A stretch of DNA of 64,000 nucleotides, taken from assembly GCA_016463095.1 (NCBI GenBank), contig JAEMSA010000002.1, positions 1,502 through 65,501 of the forward strand. Direction: 5' to 3'. Below the pieces are notes generated by a model, which saw only the letters and a program-made list of their open reading frames with translations, was not told the origin of the DNA and made no database searches. The translations under genes and the position numbers were made by a program. This stretch comes from Candidatus Nanopelagicales bacterium (GTDB taxonomy: Bacteria; Actinomycetota; Actinomycetes; S36-B12; UBA5976). Positions 1-8,450 of this stretch are shown here, in pieces (the stretch's first letter is position 1; the number at the start of each line of letters is the position of its first letter).

Positions 1-110
1 TCTTTTTAATAACAGTTCATCAAAGGGAGTTGACAACACCGACACTATATAAGAGGCTATTTAAGACTAGTTGTAGGACAACTATTGACTAACAATTTAG
101 GGGTTCGACG

Positions 111-1142
111 ATGAGTGAAATTCGGGCTATTTCTTGGATTAACGATGGCCTTATCCTCATTGATCAAACCAAACTTCCTCACCAGGAAATTAATTTAAGT
201 ATTGAAACAGTTGACCAATTAGTCGAGGCAATAAAAAGTTTGGCGGTCCGTGGCGCACCTGCACTAGGAGCAGCGGGAGCTTGGGGAGTTGTAGTGGCTA
301 TGCGACAAGCCGCTAAAGAAAAATGGAGTAACGAAAAAAGAAATGAAGAATTTTTAAAAATTAGGAATGCTCGACCAACAGCAGTTAACTTGGCCTGGGG
401 AGTAGATAAAGTTTTACCATTTGTCACAAATGGGGTAGATGAAGTACTTGCCCAAGCAAACAGAATTGCAGCAGAAGATGAAGCTGGTAATAAACAAATG
501 GGTAAATTTGGTTCCAGTTGGATTGAAACAAAAGTAAAAAATAGACCAATACGTGCACTAACTCATTGCAATACCGGATCTTTAGCAACAACAACTTGGG
601 GAACAGCCTTAGGTGTTATTAGAGAAATGAACTCACGAGGAATTTTGAAACATGTTATTGCTGATGAAACAAGACCACTTCTGCAAGGTGGCAGATTAAC
701 TGCTTGGGAACTTTCTCACGACAATATTGAACATTTTGTTATTGCTGATGGCGCTGCCACAAGTATCATTGCTCGCGGTGAAATTGATGTTGCACTTATT
801 GGTGCAGACAGAGTTGCAGCTAATGGAGACACTGCAAATAAAATTGGTTCATTTGCAGTTGCCTTAGCCTGTAAGTACGCAGGAATACCTTTTGTAGTTG
901 TCGCCCCTGAATCAACAATTGATTTAAAAACTTTAACCGGAAAAGATATAGAAATTGAATATCGTGATGAAAATGAAATATTGAGTTTGAATGGGCAAAG
1001 AATATCTCCAGCAAAATCAAAAGGTCTAAATCCTGCTTTTGATGTGACTCCTGCCGAATTAATTTCAGCACTTGTTACCGAAAAAGGCGTTTATGAAATT
1101 TCAAATGGAGTAACTCCTGGTACAAAGTTAGCGAAAGTATAA
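111..1142 (+). CDS. mtnA: S-methyl-5-thioribose-1-phosphate isomerase (eIF-2B alpha/beta/delta-like family)
   Basis: 343-aa ORF. Blocks 'LILIDQTKLPH', 'VRGAPALGAAGAWG', 'HCNTGSLAT' and 'GADRVAANGDTANKIG' are typical of MtnA. Its stop overlaps the next start (TAATG at 1140-1144). Confidence 0.85.
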   Translation: MSEIRAISWINDGLILIDQTKLPHQEINLSIETVDQLVEAIKSLAVRGAPALGAAGAWGVVVAMRQAAKEKWSNEKRNEEFLKIRNARPTAVNLAWGVDKVLPFVTNGVDEVLAQANRIAAEDEAGNKQMGKFGSSWIETKVKNRPIRALTHCNTGSLATTTWGTALGVIREMNSRGILKHVIADETRPLLQGGRLTAWELSHDNIEHFVIADGAATSIIARGEIDVALIGADRVAANGDTANKIGSFAVALACKYAGIPFVVVAPESTIDLKTLTGKDIEIEYRDENEILSLNGQRISPAKSKGLNPAFDVTPAELISALVTEKGVYEISNGVTPGTKLAKV

Positions 1143-3133
1143 TGTCAAATATTCCAACTCCTTTAAAAGAATTAGTTGAGAGATCAAAATTCTTAGGCGC
1201 AAACCAAGATTATGTTGTTTATGGTGGAGGTAATACTTCTGCTAAAGGTGAAATCACTGATCATTTCAATAGAAATAAAAAAGTCTTATGGGTAAAAGGC
1301 TCAGGCGCAGACATGATGAATGCGGAAGCTGTTGATTATCCGGCTTTATACATGGATGAACTATTACAAATACTAAATTTTGAGAAATTAACTGATGAGG
1401 AAATGACTGATCTAGTTAGTAGAGCACTGGTGGACCCGGCAAGTAGACGACCATCAATTGAGACCTTGCTGCACGCATTCTTGCCTTTTAAGCACATAGA
1501 TCATGTTCACGCTGATGCTATTTGTGCATTAACCAATCACAAGAATGGTGAAAAAGCAGTTAAAGAGGCACTCGGAGAAAAATTTGCTTATGTTGATTGG
1601 ATCCGTCCAGGATTTGAATTAAGCAAACAAGCCTCATTTTTAAAAGATGCTGAAGGAATAATCTTGGCGCATCACGGACTGATTGTCTGGTCAGATAACA
1701 GCGATGAATGTAAACAAAAAAATCTTGATGTCATAAATAAAGTAGAGAAGTATTTAAGTTCACTTTCCAAAAGACCAGAATCAGTTTTCCAACACACAGA
1801 TTATAGCGATGAGGAATATAAGAATCTACTTTTACAAATACGAGGCAGACTTAACAAAAAAGGTAAGAAAATATTAAGTCTTGATAATAGATTGAAAGAA
1901 ATATCAAGTCGTAAAGACATAGCAGAAGTTCTAAGCGCAGGAGTTTCTAGCGCAGATCACATGTTGAGAATTAAACCTTGGTCTGCGGTACTGAGTGAAC
2001 CAAAAGATGGTGAGAAATCAATTAAGTCTATTGATAATTTTGCCAAGAAATATGAAAGCTATTTTGAATCAAATAAGAATTTATTGCCCGCTGGCTACTC
2101 AATTCATGATTCCGATCCAAGAGTTTTACTTATTCCAGACTTAGGCGCTGTGACCGTAGGCCAGTCATTGAATGAATGCAAAATGCATGCCGATATTTCG
2201 TTTCACACCCATAAAACTGCAGCTATGGCAAAAGATGCTTTTGGAAACGTTGAAGGACTTCCTGAATCAGAAATTTTTGGTTTCGATTACTGGCCAATGG
2301 AGCTTTACAAATTAGCGAGTAAACCAGCTGCAAAGAAATTTGCAGGAAACATTTTTATTGTTACCGGTGCAGCAAGTGGAATTGGATTAGGAATAGCACT
2401 CGAGTTAGCAAAACAAGGGGCAAGTCTTGTTCTGGCAGATTTAGATGAAAAAGCTTTAAGTAGCACTGTGGAGAAGATTAAAGAAGTTAAAGGTTTGAAA
2501 CCAGAAATTATTGCTGGTGATCAAGCTGATGAAAAAGTTGTTAATAAAACAGTTGATTTAGCAATCAAAACTTTTGGTGGAATAGATGGTGTTGTTTTGA
2601 GTGCAGGTATTGCGGTAACTGATCAGCTTAAAGATTTGACAGTTGAAAAATGGAACAAAGGTTTAGCAGTTAATTTAACTAGTGCATTTTTGATGACTAA
2701 AGCTGCTTTAAATGCTATGAAGATACAAAATTCGGGTGGATCACTTGTTTATATTGCAAGTAAAAATGCGTTTGCTCCAGGTGCAGGATTTGGTGGCTAC
2801 TCAGTAAGTAAAGCCGGAATGCTGCAATTAATGCGAATCGCAGCACTTGAAGGAGGAGTAAGCCAGATAAGGGCAAATGCCATAAATCCCGATGCTATTT
2901 TTGATAACAGCAAACTCTGGGAAGGAGGAATCAGGGAAGAGAGAGCAAAGGCTCATGGTGTTAAACCAGAAGAGTTAGAAGATTTTTATGCGCAAAGAAA
3001 TATTTTAAAGTCGCATGTAACTTCTAAAGATGTAGCCAATACCACTGCTTTTTTATTGTCTGATGAATCCGCCAGAACCACAGGTTCGGTCATCGCCGTC
3101 GACGGCGGCGTGGCTGCAGCATTTCCGCGCTAA
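1142..3133 (+). CDS. Bifunctional class II aldolase/adducin-domain protein fused to a short-chain dehydrogenase (RhaEW/YuxG-like aldolase/aldehyde dehydrogenase family)
   Basis: 663 aa. The N-terminal part has 'VVYGGGNTSAKG', 'WVKGSGADM' and the His cluster 'KHIDHVHAD' (class II aldolase metal site). The C-terminal SDR has 'VTGAASGIGLG' (TGxxxGxG) and 'YSVSKAG' (YxxxK). Confidence 0.8.
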   Translation: MSNIPTPLKELVERSKFLGANQDYVVYGGGNTSAKGEITDHFNRNKKVLWVKGSGADMMNAEAVDYPALYMDELLQILNFEKLTDEEMTDLVSRALVDPASRRPSIETLLHAFLPFKHIDHVHADAICALTNHKNGEKAVKEALGEKFAYVDWIRPGFELSKQASFLKDAEGIILAHHGLIVWSDNSDECKQKNLDVINKVEKYLSSLSKRPESVFQHTDYSDEEYKNLLLQIRGRLNKKGKKILSLDNRLKEISSRKDIAEVLSAGVSSADHMLRIKPWSAVLSEPKDGEKSIKSIDNFAKKYESYFESNKNLLPAGYSIHDSDPRVLLIPDLGAVTVGQSLNECKMHADISFHTHKTAAMAKDAFGNVEGLPESEIFGFDYWPMELYKLASKPAAKKFAGNIFIVTGAASGIGLGIALELAKQGASLVLADLDEKALSSTVEKIKEVKGLKPEIIAGDQADEKVVNKTVDLAIKTFGGIDGVVLSAGIAVTDQLKDLTVEKWNKGLAVNLTSAFLMTKAALNAMKIQNSGGSLVYIASKNAFAPGAGFGGYSVSKAGMLQLMRIAALEGGVSQIRANAINPDAIFDNSKLWEGGIREERAKAHGVKPEELEDFYAQRNILKSHVTSKDVANTTAFLLSDESARTTGSVIAVDGGVAAAFPR

Positions 3134-3142
3134 ACGGAAATG
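3120..3142 (+). promoter_or_regulatory. 8-bp stem hairpin spanning the stop codon of the aldolase/SDR gene (CATTTCCG-cgctaaa-CGGAAATG), no U-tract
   Basis: Perfect inverted repeat read directly from the sequence. A second 6-bp inverted repeat, AAGTGA(3152-3157)/TCACTT(3168-3173), follows. These could be an intra-operon attenuator, an mRNA-stability element or an operator. Confidence 0.25.
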
Positions 3143-3171
3143 AGTAATAGCAAGTGAGTTAAGTAATTCAC

Positions 3172-4284
3172 TTGGCAAAAGAAGGAGAAAGCATGATAAA
3201 GAACAAAGCATTAGCTGGAATCACAGTTGTTGCTGCGTTGCTTCTTGCTGCATGTTCACAAGGCAGTAGCGATACTGCTGCGACTGCAGATGAAGGAACA
3301 GTTGCAGAAGCGACCGGTCCCAAGCCAGCACCATTTGATGCTGGTCTAGTAAAAATAGCAATCGTACAAAACAGTGGCGCCGGTGACTATTTCCAACAAT
3401 GGACAAACGGAGCAAACAAGCAAGCAGAAGCAATTGGATTTGAAGTTCAAGTCTATGACGCCCAAGCTGACAATGCTAAGCAAGCTACTGACATGGAAAC
3501 AGCAATTGGTTCAGGCGTAGCTGGAATCATTGTTGACCACGGTCAAGCAGACACCATGTGTCCATTGATCAACAAAGCACTTGACGCAGGAATCCCTGTT
3601 GTTGTTTACGACGTTGCAACCGCTGAATGTGCACCAAAAGCTGTTACAACACAACAAAGCGATGCATCACTTGCACAAGTAGTCCTAGATCAAATGGCAG
3701 TAGATCTTGGTAAAGATGCCAAAGTTGGATACGTAAACGTATTAGGTATCGCACCTTTGGATCGTCGTCACGTTGTATGGGAAGCAATTGTTAAAGCTAA
3801 CAATTGGACCCAGTCCTTCTTCGTTGGTAAATTCACCAACTCAGTTGCAACTGATAACGCACAATTAGTTGACGCAGCACTTAAGAAGAGTCCAGACGTA
3901 GTGGGTATTTTTGCACCATACGATGAACTAACTAAGGGTACTGTTTCAGGAATTGAATCAAATAACCTTCAGGCTTCAATCAAGGCATACGGAATTGATA
4001 TTTCAAATGCTGATATTGAAATCATGACTAAAGATGGTTCACCATGGGTAGCAACAGCAGGTACTGATCCAAATGCGATCGGTGCAGCAGTTGTGCGAAA
4101 CATGGCACTTGAAATAGCAGGCCAATTGGGAGTTAAATCAGTTGATTTCCCAGGTGTTCTAATTACCGCACAGTTCCTAAAGGACAATGCAGTTAAGAAC
4201 ATGGTTGACTTGCGTGCCAAGTTGCCAGAATTGAACCTTGCATCTGTCAGCGGAGCTGACTGGATTCCTGCAGTTCAGTTCTAA
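3172..4284 (+). CDS. Sugar ABC transporter substrate-binding lipoprotein (periplasmic binding protein type I, ribose/CUT2-like)
   Basis: Signal peptide with lipobox 'LLLAAC'. The likely true start is ATG 3193, preceded by AAGGAG at 3182-3187. It lies directly upstream of the matching ATPase and permease. Confidence 0.75.
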   Translation: MAKEGESMIKNKALAGITVVAALLLAACSQGSSDTAATADEGTVAEATGPKPAPFDAGLVKIAIVQNSGAGDYFQQWTNGANKQAEAIGFEVQVYDAQADNAKQATDMETAIGSGVAGIIVDHGQADTMCPLINKALDAGIPVVVYDVATAECAPKAVTTQQSDASLAQVVLDQMAVDLGKDAKVGYVNVLGIAPLDRRHVVWEAIVKANNWTQSFFVGKFTNSVATDNAQLVDAALKKSPDVVGIFAPYDELTKGTVSGIESNNLQASIKAYGIDISNADIEIMTKDGSPWVATAGTDPNAIGAAVVRNMALEIAGQLGVKSVDFPGVLITAQFLKDNAVKNMVDLRAKLPELNLASVSGADWIPAVQF

Positions 4285-4309
4285 TTAATAAGTAGATGGA
4301 GGCGAGTTA

Positions 4310-5815
4310 ATGGTTTCAGCTGTTGAAGTTAGAAACATTTCAATGGCATTTGGTGCAAACCAAGTGTTAAGTGGAGTGGATTTAACAATCGACAAAGGAC
4401 AAACCACAGCATTGTTAGGAGCTAACGGTGCAGGTAAGTCCACATTAATTAAAATTTTGTCCGGTGTTTATTCATCTTTTACCGGAGAAATATTGATTGA
4501 TGGAAAAGTTGTTACCATTGACTCGCCAACTACTGCGAAATCAGCAGGTATTGAGACTGTTCATCAAAGAATTGATGAGGGAGTAATTCCCGGTTTAACA
4601 GTCGCTGAAAATTTATTGTTTGAAAAAATTGTCTCAGGAGAAATTCCAAGAGCGGTTTCTTTAAAAACAATTGTTAATGAAGCAGAAAAAATAGCTGAAG
4701 CTTTAGACCTAAATTGGAATAGATCCAAGCTACGAAATGATGTTTATGAATTAGGCATTGCTGAACAACAAATGCTGATCTTAGCCAGGACTCTTTCTAG
4801 GTCCCCCAAACTTTTAATTTTAGATGAACCAACTTCTGCTCTCTCTGTTGCTGAAAGTCAAAACTTATTTAGATTTATCAAGAATCTCGAAGCACAAGGA
4901 ATTGCTATTTTATATGTTTCTCACAAATTAAGTGAATTAGAACAAATTGCTAAGAAACTTGTTGTTATGCGAGATGGAAAGATTAGAAATGAACAAAGCG
5001 CACCGTTTTCATGGGATCTGGCTTTGAAAGAAATGTTAGGGCAACAAGAACTTGGCGAAAGAGATAATTTTAAACAGGTTCAAGGTACCAGTGTGACATT
5101 GAAATTAAATAATGTTCAATTGTTTAAGGAAAGTGCACCGTTGAATTTAGAAATAAAGAAAAAAGAAGTCACTGGAATTATTGGTCTGCTTGGTGCAGGT
5201 AAAACTGAACTTGCAAAAGTTATTTATGGGGCAGATGAATTAATTTCAGGCTCAATGGATCTTGAGGGACAATCATATAAACCAGCACATCCCGCAGATG
5301 CGGTTATAAAAGATATCTATTTAGTCCCAGAAGATCGTGCAGCAGATTCAATGATTCCAAATTGGAGTATTTCGCACACTGCAACTTTACCTTTTATGGG
5401 AGATTTTTCAGCTCGCGGAATAATTAAAAAACTTGCAGAAGGTATACGCGGTAAAGAACTTGTCCAAGATTTAAAAGTTGTGACAACTTCGCATGAAGCA
5501 TTTGTTGATTCCCTTTCTGGCGGAAATCAACAAAAAGTTATTGTGGGAAGATGGCTGCAATCAAAACCTAAATTAATGATTTTGGATGAACCATTTAGAG
5601 GTGTTGATATTGGAGCCAGAAGAGATATTTCTAAACGAGTGAGAGATTTAGCTGCCACAGATGTTGCAGTATTGGTGCTGGCTTCAGATGTAGATGAAAT
5701 TTTAGATGTTGCAGATCGAATTATTGTGCTAGTGGAAGGAAAAGTTGTAATGGATGTAAAAGCTGGGGAAACATCGAAAGACAAAATAGTAAACAAAATG
5801 TCGGAGGTGGCATAA
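4310..5815 (+). CDS. Sugar ABC transporter ATP-binding protein with tandem ABC cassettes (CUT2 type)
   Basis: 501 aa. Cassette 1 has Walker A 'GANGAGKST' and Walker B 'LLILDEPTS'. Cassette 2 has 'GLLGAGKTE', signature 'LSGGNQQK' and 'LMILDEPFRGVD'. Confidence 0.9.
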   Translation: MVSAVEVRNISMAFGANQVLSGVDLTIDKGQTTALLGANGAGKSTLIKILSGVYSSFTGEILIDGKVVTIDSPTTAKSAGIETVHQRIDEGVIPGLTVAENLLFEKIVSGEIPRAVSLKTIVNEAEKIAEALDLNWNRSKLRNDVYELGIAEQQMLILARTLSRSPKLLILDEPTSALSVAESQNLFRFIKNLEAQGIAILYVSHKLSELEQIAKKLVVMRDGKIRNEQSAPFSWDLALKEMLGQQELGERDNFKQVQGTSVTLKLNNVQLFKESAPLNLEIKKKEVTGIIGLLGAGKTELAKVIYGADELISGSMDLEGQSYKPAHPADAVIKDIYLVPEDRAADSMIPNWSISHTATLPFMGDFSARGIIKKLAEGIRGKELVQDLKVVTTSHEAFVDSLSGGNQQKVIVGRWLQSKPKLMILDEPFRGVDIGARRDISKRVRDLAATDVAVLVLASDVDEILDVADRIIVLVEGKVVMDVKAGETSKDKIVNKMSEVA

Positions 5816-6844
5816 ATGAATATCGGAAAATTAAATGCAACAAATGGATTTGACTTGAGAGATTTCATTGTCAAATACGGCTTTATTTTGGTGACAGTTA
5901 TTCTTTTTGTTTGGTTTGCTTCAACAGAGCCTACTTTTAGAATGCAAAACACTTTGTTTTCAATGCTTAAATTCACATCTGTTGTTGCAATTACCGGACT
6001 TGGTGTGACTTTAACAATGGTGGTGGGAGGTCTTGATCTTTCTGTTGGTGCAATTGCAGGATTATCAGTAACTCTTTCTGCAATGACAATGGTTATTTAT
6101 GCGCAAACAGGAGCCGTTGCCCTAGTAGTAGTACTACTGGGTGGTGCCTTAGTTGGACTATTTAATGCCTTTTTAATTGTGGTTTTAAAGATTCCAGATT
6201 TACTTGCAACCCTGGCAACGATGTTTACGATCATGGGATTAAAACTTGTTCCAGTTGATGGTCAATCAGTTTCTTCAGGTTTAATTTTAAGAGATGGAAG
6301 TGTGGCCCCAGGAAAATTCACTCCAGGATTCTTACTTATTGATCGTGCCTACCTTGGTCCCGTACCACTACCTGTGGCTATCTTTTTCTTTTTAGCATTT
6401 GTAGTTTGGATTTTCTTAACCAAAACTAGATGGGGCAGAGTTATGTATGCAATTGGCTCAAACCCAGAAGCTGCAAGATTAGCTGGCGTTCGTGTTCAAA
6501 GATACCGAGCTCTTGCTTATGCACTCTCAGGTGTTTTTGCCTCAATTGGTGGCTTGATTCTTTCGTCAAGAATTGGGCAAGGAGATATCAGTGCCGGAAA
6601 CTCTCTGTTGCTAGATGCTGTGGCTGTTTCCTTGGTTGGAACTTCAGTTTTGGGTATGGCAAGACCAAACGCATGGGGTACAACTCTTGGCGCAGTTTTA
6701 ATCGGCATAGTAATCACTGGATTAACAATTAAAGGTTTTCCATATTATGCCCAAGATGTGGTTAAGGGACTTGTCTTATTAACCGCTTTGATATTCTCGT
6801 TTACACTTTCTAGACGAAAGTCTAGATTTGTGCCGGCGGTTTAA
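5816..6844 (+). CDS. Sugar ABC transporter permease (RbsC/AraH-like)
   Basis: 342 aa and highly hydrophobic, with a multi-TM profile. Its ATG immediately follows the ATPase stop (TAAATG). Confidence 0.8.
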   Translation: MNIGKLNATNGFDLRDFIVKYGFILVTVILFVWFASTEPTFRMQNTLFSMLKFTSVVAITGLGVTLTMVVGGLDLSVGAIAGLSVTLSAMTMVIYAQTGAVALVVVLLGGALVGLFNAFLIVVLKIPDLLATLATMFTIMGLKLVPVDGQSVSSGLILRDGSVAPGKFTPGFLLIDRAYLGPVPLPVAIFFFLAFVVWIFLTKTRWGRVMYAIGSNPEAARLAGVRVQRYRALAYALSGVFASIGGLILSSRIGQGDISAGNSLLLDAVAVSLVGTSVLGMARPNAWGTTLGAVLIGIVITGLTIKGFPYYAQDVVKGLVLLTALIFSFTLSRRKSRFVPAV

Positions 6845-6855
6845 AGGAAAGAAAA

Positions 6856-8082
6856 ATGACTGATCAATACGAGTTTTTAACAAAAGATAATATTTCAAAA
6901 TATTTATCAAGCAAAAAAGTATTTGCCAACTTAATTGATGCCAACAGCCTTGTTGAATTCAAAGAAGTTGGTGACGGAAACCTCAATTTAGTTTTCATTA
7001 TGAAGGACTCTGCAGGCAAAGGAATAGTTTTAAAACAAGCTTTGCCATATGTGCGCTTAGTGGGACCTGATTGGCCTATGACTCCAACCAGAGCCAGAAT
7101 CGAAGCCGAAACCACAATTATTCATGCCAAATATGCTCAAGATCTTGTTCCAGAAATTTATGATTATGATCCAGAACGTTTCATTATTGCGATGGAAGAT
7201 TTATCTGATCATGTTGTTTGGCGCGGAGCATTAAATTTAGGTTTAAGATTTGATGGTGTAGCCGGGCCCTTAGGCAAATATGTTGCCAATACAGCTTTTG
7301 GTACTTCCGTTTTTAGTTTGGGACAAGAACAACACAAATTAGAAATAGCCAGGGCAATAAATCCAGGTCTTTGTTTAATCACAGAAGACTTAGTTTTTAC
7401 TGAACCTTATTTTGAAAACGGTAGAAACTCAGTGCTACCAAGCAATGAAAAAGATGCTCAAGAACTTGCTAACGATAAAGACATGGTCCACGAAATTGGT
7501 TTATTAAAATACAAGTTCATGACAGCTGGTGAATCACTTATTCACGGAGATCTTCATACCGGATCTGCCATGATCAAATGTGAAGATAAAAAAGTAGCTG
7601 AAAGTGTGAAAGCAATAGATTCTGAGTTCTCATTTTATGGACCGATTGGTTTTGATCTTGGCGCACTTGTTGCTAACTACACAATTGCTGCTGCTAGAGC
7701 TTGTGCACTAGGAAATGTTGAACAAATGCATTGGGCCTTAAGCCTTGGGGAACAGACTTGGGTTGCATTCGAAAAAGAATTCAGGAAACTATGGCCAACC
7801 CGAGTTGATAAAAGAGTTTTCACAGATCAACTTTTAGAAGACTTAATTAAAACTTGGAGAGAAGATACCTTAGGTTATGCAGGGGCAAAGATGGCTCGAA
7901 GAATAGTTGGACTGGCAAAAACCTCAGATATCGAAACCCTTGAACCAAATGTACGCGAAGGTGCAGCACGAGCAGTTTTATTAATTGCTAGAAAAACTAC
8001 GAAAGAAAGAGCACAAGATAAGTCTTGGGCAACACTTGCTAAAGAAGCAGCAGAAATTATCCAAAAAACAGTAACTAAATAA
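6856..8082 (+). CDS. mtnK: S-methyl-5-thioribose kinase
   Basis: 408 aa. 'EVGDGNLNLVF' is the nucleotide-binding loop typical of MtnK. 'LIHGDLHTGS' is the APH-type catalytic loop. Confidence 0.85.
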   Translation: MTDQYEFLTKDNISKYLSSKKVFANLIDANSLVEFKEVGDGNLNLVFIMKDSAGKGIVLKQALPYVRLVGPDWPMTPTRARIEAETTIIHAKYAQDLVPEIYDYDPERFIIAMEDLSDHVVWRGALNLGLRFDGVAGPLGKYVANTAFGTSVFSLGQEQHKLEIARAINPGLCLITEDLVFTEPYFENGRNSVLPSNEKDAQELANDKDMVHEIGLLKYKFMTAGESLIHGDLHTGSAMIKCEDKKVAESVKAIDSEFSFYGPIGFDLGALVANYTIAAARACALGNVEQMHWALSLGEQTWVAFEKEFRKLWPTRVDKRVFTDQLLEDLIKTWREDTLGYAGAKMARRIVGLAKTSDIETLEPNVREGAARAVLLIARKTTKERAQDKSWATLAKEAAEIIQKTVTK

Positions 8083-8090
8083 GGAAAAAT

Positions 8091-8450
8091 TTGAAAACAC
8101 CTAGAGAAATTGCCGAGTCATACTGGAAAGCAGAATGCGCCAGGGACACAAAAGCTGTGTTAGAGCACTATCACTCCGATGCAACTTTTTGCCCACCTGG
8201 AGAAAAATTAGTTGGACATGATCAAATTAGAACTTTTTATGATGCCTCAGGGGAAGCATTTCCTGGTTTAAAAGTTGATATTTTGCATGAAGTAAGAAAT
8301 GGTGATGAAAGTTGTATTGAATGGTATGCAACTCTAACCGATAAAGCAGGAAATGTTTTTAATATTCCTGGAGTAAACGTAATTAAAATAAGAGACGGAA
8401 AATTTGAATCTGTACACGCATACTTTGATCCAACAGTGCTAAAAGGCTAA
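8091..8450 (+). CDS. NTF2-fold / SnoaL-like protein of unknown function
   Basis: 119 aa with a TTG start. The pattern 'YWKAECARD..AVLEHYHSDATF' and the small alpha+beta size are typical of SnoaL/ketosteroid-isomerase-like proteins. It is the last gene of the mtnK operon. Confidence 0.5.
   Translation: MKTPREIAESYWKAECARDTKAVLEHYHSDATFCPPGEKLVGHDQIRTFYDASGEAFPGLKVDILHEVRNGDESCIEWYATLTDKAGNVFNIPGVNVIKIRDGKFESVHAYFDPTVLKG

Noticed and set aside
5527-5976. Antisense ORFs of 120-150 aa at 5527-5976, 14359-14817, 47846-48211 and 59206-59640.
   Set aside because: Each is fully nested opposite a well-supported gene: the ABC ATPase/permease, guaB3, LCP and mtrB. The sequences are low in complexity, with no motifs and no plausible RBS.
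6430-6732. 100-aa same-strand out-of-frame ORF inside the ABC permease gene.
   Set aside because: It is Cys/Trp/Arg-rich nonsense composition, and the permease frame is clearly the real one.
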